In this document: piece by piece, positions 40,668 to 44,996 of the stretch
Layout of the letters: every line of letters starts with the position of its first letter
How positions within the stretch are numbered: the stretch's first letter is position 1
Sequence record: PZ789432.1
Direction: 5' to 3' (one strand)
From: a phage
DNA: 44,996 bases
Made by a program: the position numbers and the translations under genes
The notes under the pieces: generated by a model
Databases searched by the model: none
Told to the model about the DNA's origin: nothing
Seen by the model: the letters and a program-made list of their open reading frames with translations, nothing else

Positions 40668-41792
40668 ATGGCTAAATTAACCAAACCTAAGACTGAAGGA
40701 ATCTTGCATAAAGGACAATCTTTGTATGAGTACCTTGATGCGAGAGTTTTAACATCAAAGCCGTTTGGTGCTGCAGGTGACGCCACTACTGATGATACGG
40801 AGGTTATAGCTGCTTCACTAAACTCTCAAAAAGCTGTCACAGTCTCAGATGGTGTATTCTCTAGCTCTGGTATTAATAGTAATTACTGTAACTTAGACGG
40901 CAGGGGTAGTGGAGTACTAAGTCACCGTTCAAGTACAGGTAACTACTTAGTATTTAACAATCTACGTGCAGGTCGCTTAAGTAATATTACGGTAGAAAGT
41001 AATAAGGCGACTGATACAACTCGGGGACAGCAGGTATCTCTTGCTGGTGGAAGTGATGTTACTGTAAGTGACGTTAACTTCTCAAACGTTAAAGGTACTG
41101 GTTTCAGTTTAATAGCATACCCTAATGGTGCGCCACCTAATGGGCTTATGATTAAAGGTATTCGAGGTAGCTACTCCGGCTATGCTACTAATAAGGCAGC
41201 CGGATGCGTACTTGCTGACTCCTCAGTTAACTCCCTAATAGATAACGTCATTGCTAAGAACTACCCTCAGTTCGGAGCCGTAGAGTTGAAAGGTACAGCC
41301 AGTTATAACATAGTCAGTAATGTTATAGGGACAGATTGCCAGCATGTAACTTACAACGGCACTGAAGGGCCAATAGCTCCTTCTAATAACCTTATCAAGG
41401 GTGTGATGGCTAATAACCCTAAGTATGCAGCGGTTGTTGCAGGCAAAGGAAGTACGAACTTAATCTCAGACGTGCTCGTAGATTACTCAACTTCTGATGC
41501 TAGGCAGGCTCATGGTGTTACCGTAGAGGGGTCTGATACCGTCATAAATAATGTGCTTATGTCAGGATGTGATGGTACTAACTCTTTAGGACAAAGTCAG
41601 ACTGCTACAATTGCGCGCTTTATAGGTACAGCTAATAACAACTATGCGTCTGTATTTCCTAGCTACAGTGCTACAGGTGTTATTACTTTCGAATCCGGCT
41701 CTACCCGTAACTTCGTAGAGGTAAAGCACCCTGGCAGGAGAAATGACCTTCTCAGTTCTGCTAGTACTATTGACAGGTGCAGCTACTATTGA
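40668..41792 (+). CDS. tailspike 1 (beta-helix polysaccharide depolymerase, K5-lyase-like), N-terminal fragment; frame-disrupted
   Basis: ORF track 40608..41792 (TTG); ATG 40668 after AGGAG; beta-helix-like repeats; frame lost near 41775. Confidence 0.8.
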   Translation: MAKLTKPKTEGILHKGQSLYEYLDARVLTSKPFGAAGDATTDDTEVIAASLNSQKAVTVSDGVFSSSGINSNYCNLDGRGSGVLSHRSSTGNYLVFNNLRAGRLSNITVESNKATDTTRGQQVSLAGGSDVTVSDVNFSNVKGTGFSLIAYPNGAPPNGLMIKGIRGSYSGYATNKAAGCVLADSSVNSLIDNVIAKNYPQFGAVELKGTASYNIVSNVIGTDCQHVTYNGTEGPIAPSNNLIKGVMANNPKYAAVVAGKGSTNLISDVLVDYSTSDARQAHGVTVEGSDTVINNVLMSGCDGTNSLGQSQTATIARFIGTANNNYASVFPSYSATGVITFESGSTRNFVEVKHPGRRNDLLSSASTIDRCSYY

Positions 41793-42567
41793 TGGCACTA
41801 ATAATAGTAACGTAGTGCACGCACCTGCCTTAGGGCAGTACATCGGTAGTATGTCAGGTAGGTTCGAATGGCGGATTAAGTCCATGTCACTCCCTTCAGG
41901 CGTTCTTACTTCTGCTGATAAGTACAGAATGCTTGGGGATGGTGCTGTGTCATTAGCTGTAGGTGGGGGCACTTCTTCTCAAGTTCGCCTATTTACTTCT
42001 GATGGTACTTCTCGGACAGTGTCCCTCACCAACGGTAACGTGCGTCTTTCTACCAGTAGCGCAGGCTATTTGCAGTTAGGTGCTGATGCAATGACCCCAG
42101 ATAGTACTGGTACATACGCATTAGGTTCCGCCAGTCGAGCATGGTCTGGCGGTTTTACTCAAGCAGCATTCACTGTTACCTCAGATGCTCGGTGTAAAAC
42201 AGAACCTCTTACTATCTCAGATGCCTTACTGGATGCTTGGTCTGAAGTTGACTTTGTGCAGTTTCAGTATTTGGATCGTGTTGAGGAGAAAGGTGCAGAC
42301 TCAGCTAGATGGCACTTTGGCATCATCGCTCAGCGAGCTAAGGAGGCTTTCGAACGTCACGGTATAGATGCACATCGCTACGGCTTCTTGTGCTTCGACA
42401 GTTGGGAGGATGTATACGAGGAAGATGCAAATGGCTCTCGTAAACTGATTACACCAGCAGGTTCCCGCTATGGTATTCGTTACGAGGAAGTACTGATATT
42501 AGAGGCTGCGTTGATGCGGCGGACTATTAAGCGTATGCAGGAAGCACTAGTTGCCATTCCTAAGTAA
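41743..42567 (+). CDS. tailspike 1, C-terminal fragment with intramolecular chaperone (peptidase S74-like) domain; frame-disrupted
   Basis: C-terminus ...DARCKTEPLTISDALLDAWSEVDFVQFQYLD...ARWHFGIIAQ...YGFLCFD... parallels the autocleaving chaperone domain of K1F endosialidase (...GERKTEPVVFDDAFLDAWGDV...ARIHFGVIAQ...YAVLCYD). Joined length ~633 aa. Confidence 0.8.
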   Translation: MTFSVLLVLLTGAATIDGTNNSNVVHAPALGQYIGSMSGRFEWRIKSMSLPSGVLTSADKYRMLGDGAVSLAVGGGTSSQVRLFTSDGTSRTVSLTNGNVRLSTSSAGYLQLGADAMTPDSTGTYALGSASRAWSGGFTQAAFTVTSDARCKTEPLTISDALLDAWSEVDFVQFQYLDRVEEKGADSARWHFGIIAQRAKEAFERHGIDAHRYGFLCFDSWEDVYEEDANGSRKLITPAGSRYGIRYEEVLILEAALMRRTIKRMQEALVAIPK

Positions 42568-42573
42568 GCAACA

Positions 42574-42596
42574 GGCAGTGCGTAAGCACTGCTTTT
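42574..42596 (+). terminator. hairpin + U-run terminator after tailspike 1
   Basis: ggcagtgc-gtaa-gcactgc followed by TTTT. Confidence 0.55.
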
Positions 42597-42652
42597 CACG
42601 CAACTTTTCTTAAAGGTTATCATGGTGGTAGCCTTTCAGAAAAGGAGGTTAC

Positions 42653-44365
42653 ATGCTTCAAAGATTAAGTGCTTACTTGGTGAAGTACAAGAGTAAACTA
42701 ACAGGTACTATTGAGCGCCTGCTATCTGATAAACTATCGGATACAATAGACGTTGCGGATTTTGGAGTTAATCCCTCTTCTAATGACAACAGGCAAGCCC
42801 TTCAAGCTGCATTCAATGCGGTCAGATTGCTAGGCGGTGGTACTGTATCAGTCACTAAAGCTGGCGAATATAAACTCAGTGGTACTGTTGAGATATTTGC
42901 TAATACACACTTCAAGGTTGCTAAAGGTGTAACATTTGTACGTGACTACGAAACAGGAGATACGCTATTCAGATTATCACAAGGGCAAGCTAGTAATGTA
43001 ACAGTCAGTGGAGGTATCTATGAAGGCAATGGTCACACTAAGGGAGATACACCTTTTGTAGTATTTGCATCTACTAGTAATAATGATTTGAAGTTTGAAG
43101 GCATAACAGTTAACAATGTAGTGGACTACCACGCCATAGATTTAGCAGATTGGAACAACGTAGTTATTCGTGATTGTAAATTCCTAGGGTTTAAGAATAC
43201 AGGCAGTCGTAACTTCTCAGAGGCTATACAGTTAGACCCAGGTCTTATTACAGTTGGTCACTATGTACAGTCAAGCGGTATGCTGGTGGAGAATTGCTAT
43301 GCTGGTCCAAACCCAGAATCAGGGTTTGGGGGTTATGGTGCACTAATCGGAAATCACGCCTCAGCTTATGGTGTACAGGACAACAATATCCGTATCTTGA
43401 ATTGCACTACAGATGGTGCTCTCTTTGCAGGTGTACGTGTATTTAACTGGAAAAACTGGACAGTACGTGGTTGTACCTTTAGAAACTCTAATGCAAGAGG
43501 TGTTCATGTTACACCTGTCTCCTCTCAAACTAAACCGCAAGGAACTCGACAAGGTAGTGTTGTAGATTGTACTTTTGATGGCGTAAGAACACCAGTGCTA
43601 ATTGCTGCACCATCTTGGCCTTTTACAGATATTAGTGACATTTGGCATGACCATATTGAAATTTCTAATAATACTATGATCCTCACAGAGGATGTATCCT
43701 ATGGTGTAGATGCAAGGTGGTGTAAGAATTTAATTGTAAAAGGTAACACTGGTTCTGGCGGCTTAGGGTTAATCGGTTTACGCTTTGGAACAAAGTACCA
43801 CATCGAAGGTAATACTTGGGAAAACGGAAGAGGTAGTGGGATTTGGTTAGGTGAGTCTGATGCTACTACATTCATTGGTACTGGCTTATCTGGAGAAGGT
43901 ATACTTAGTCGTAATATCCTCTCTAAATTAGGGCAATATGGTATTCATGTAAACTGCAAGGCTGGCGGTCTAGTGATTAAAGCTAATAATATGAAGGAAG
44001 TATCTACAGCTGAAGCAGGTAGGCACTTCATTAGCATAGACACAGGAGCTAACAACATCCTAGTAGAAGGTAATATTGGAGTAGATGGAGAAAGCCCTAA
44101 CAAGCCAAGCTTGGGTATTCGTGTTACTTCTTCTTGTTCCAATATTAAACTCATTGGCAATGATTGCTATGGTACACAGGCGCCTCAGAATAACCAAGGG
44201 GTTGGTTCTAGTACGGTGATTGTTTATGGACTAAATGGCAATCCTACAACTTTAGGCGTAGGTGCACCTGTTGGCTCTTTAGCAACTGATATCAATGGGT
44301 CTGGTGGTAGTACATTGTACGTTAAAGAATCTGGTACATCTGCTCAAGGTTGGGTTGCAAAGTAG
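42653..44365 (+). CDS. tailspike 2 (pectate-lyase-fold beta-helix depolymerase)
   Basis: 570 aa; SD AAGGAGG; N-terminal DVADFGVNPSSNDNRQALQAAFNA...GGGTV typical of pectate-lyase-type tailspikes, followed by beta-helix-like repeats. Confidence 0.85.
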   Translation: MLQRLSAYLVKYKSKLTGTIERLLSDKLSDTIDVADFGVNPSSNDNRQALQAAFNAVRLLGGGTVSVTKAGEYKLSGTVEIFANTHFKVAKGVTFVRDYETGDTLFRLSQGQASNVTVSGGIYEGNGHTKGDTPFVVFASTSNNDLKFEGITVNNVVDYHAIDLADWNNVVIRDCKFLGFKNTGSRNFSEAIQLDPGLITVGHYVQSSGMLVENCYAGPNPESGFGGYGALIGNHASAYGVQDNNIRILNCTTDGALFAGVRVFNWKNWTVRGCTFRNSNARGVHVTPVSSQTKPQGTRQGSVVDCTFDGVRTPVLIAAPSWPFTDISDIWHDHIEISNNTMILTEDVSYGVDARWCKNLIVKGNTGSGGLGLIGLRFGTKYHIEGNTWENGRGSGIWLGESDATTFIGTGLSGEGILSRNILSKLGQYGIHVNCKAGGLVIKANNMKEVSTAEAGRHFISIDTGANNILVEGNIGVDGESPNKPSLGIRVTSSCSNIKLIGNDCYGTQAPQNNQGVGSSTVIVYGLNGNPTTLGVGAPVGSLATDINGSGGSTLYVKESGTSAQGWVAK

Positions 44366-44376
44366 TAGGAAGTTGA

Positions 44377-44526
44377 ATGCCATTAATCAAATCAGTTAAG
44401 CAAAGTGCTGTACGCCAGAACACAGAAGAGCTTATTCAATCAGGCCGTGACCCTAAGCAGGCTTATGCCATTGCCAAGGATGTACAACGTCGTGCCATGA
44501 AGAAACCTTCTGCATCTTCTGCGTAA
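44377..44526 (+). CDS. hypothetical small basic protein (49 aa)
   Basis: ATG 44377 after AGGAAG; MPLIKSVKQSAVRQNTEELIQSGRDPKQAYAIAKDVQRRAMKKPSASSA. Confidence 0.45.
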   Translation: MPLIKSVKQSAVRQNTEELIQSGRDPKQAYAIAKDVQRRAMKKPSASSA

Positions 44527-44597
44527 GCAAGTTAATATCTTAGTGTACACAAGGGCAGACCTAGGTTTGCTCTTAGTGTATTTACAATGGAGGTCTT

Positions 44598-44678
44598 ATG
44601 TATATACCTATGGAAGCAATAGTAGGTTGCCTATGCTTGTTGATAGGTTTCGTTATAGGCTTAATAGCAAATCCTTAG
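44598..44678 (+). CDS. hypothetical small hydrophobic peptide (26 aa)
   Basis: ATG 44598 after TGGAGG; weak. Confidence 0.25.
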   Translation: MYIPMEAIVGCLCLLIGFVIGLIANP

Positions 44679-44741
44679 TCCTGTACAAGGATTAACCAAG
44701 TCAAAATTTTGATGTAGGCGTGTGTCAGCTCTCTCGCCCTC

Positions 44742-44996
44742 GCCCTCGCCGGGTTGCCCCCATATGGGGTAGATCGGCGGTTGACCTAGGAATTGGGCTG
44801 GGCTGGTCCGTCTTCGACGGGTGGGCGAGGGCTTGCCGAGGTCTGCTCTTAGTGGCTGCACAAGGAGAACGCCTAGGAAGCGCTAGGGCACGCCTTAGTA
44901 TTGGACAAGGTGATTGCCTTAGTGAAGCCTCTTAGTGCATTCCTTAGGTCATTCAGGGCGTTTATGAGGGATTGACAGGGTGGATGGGTGTGGGCT
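44742..44996. repeat. right direct terminal repeat
   Basis: Same orientation copy of 1..257; preceded by extra ctcgccctcgccctcgcc units that the truncated left copy does not show. Confidence 0.85.

Noticed and set aside
1-44996. tRNA, rRNA or integrase genes
   Set aside because: No cloverleaf-like or rRNA-like segments noticed and no recombinase-like ORF; not exhaustively scanned.

Overview
The window looks like a complete linear genome of a T7-supergroup podophage of the SP6/K1-5 type: about 44.7 kb of unique sequence flanked by ~255-bp direct terminal repeats (1..257 and 44742..44996). All credible genes are on the + strand. Order: repeat-rich non-coding left end with sigma70-like early promoters; an early module with small acidic proteins and a clear Ocr (T7 gp0.3) homolog; single-subunit RNA polymerase with at least 12 cognate promoters (consensus ATTTACTGGACACTATAGAAG); primase-helicase, HNH endonuclease, DNA polymerase, exonuclease, endonuclease VII, phosphoesterase, ligase, GNAT acetyltransferase; then portal, scaffold, capsid, tail tubular A/B, three internal virion proteins, tail adaptor, holin, terminase small/large, an M15 peptidase endolysin and two beta-helix tailspikes. 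Things that stand out: (1) candidate anti-defense proteins upstream of ocr; (2) a 16-bp perfect palindrome GTCTCACAYGTGAGAC repeated at least 6 times, mostly intergenic; (3) a CTTAGT repeat array and an ATCTGTT pause motif at the terminal-repeat boundary; (4) putative replication origins built from tandem phage promoters plus AT-rich inverted repeats; (5) at least 11 apparent single-nucleotide frame disruptions concentrated in essential genes (DNA polymerase x3, exonuclease, scaffold, tail adaptor, endolysin x4, tailspike), which I read as sequence or assembly errors, not biology. I did not find a multi-gene defense system; the most plausible undescribed functions are the early acidic proteins. 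All homology calls are from reading the translations and from memory of T7/SP6/T4 proteins; no database search was run. No tRNA, rRNA or CRISPR array was recognised.
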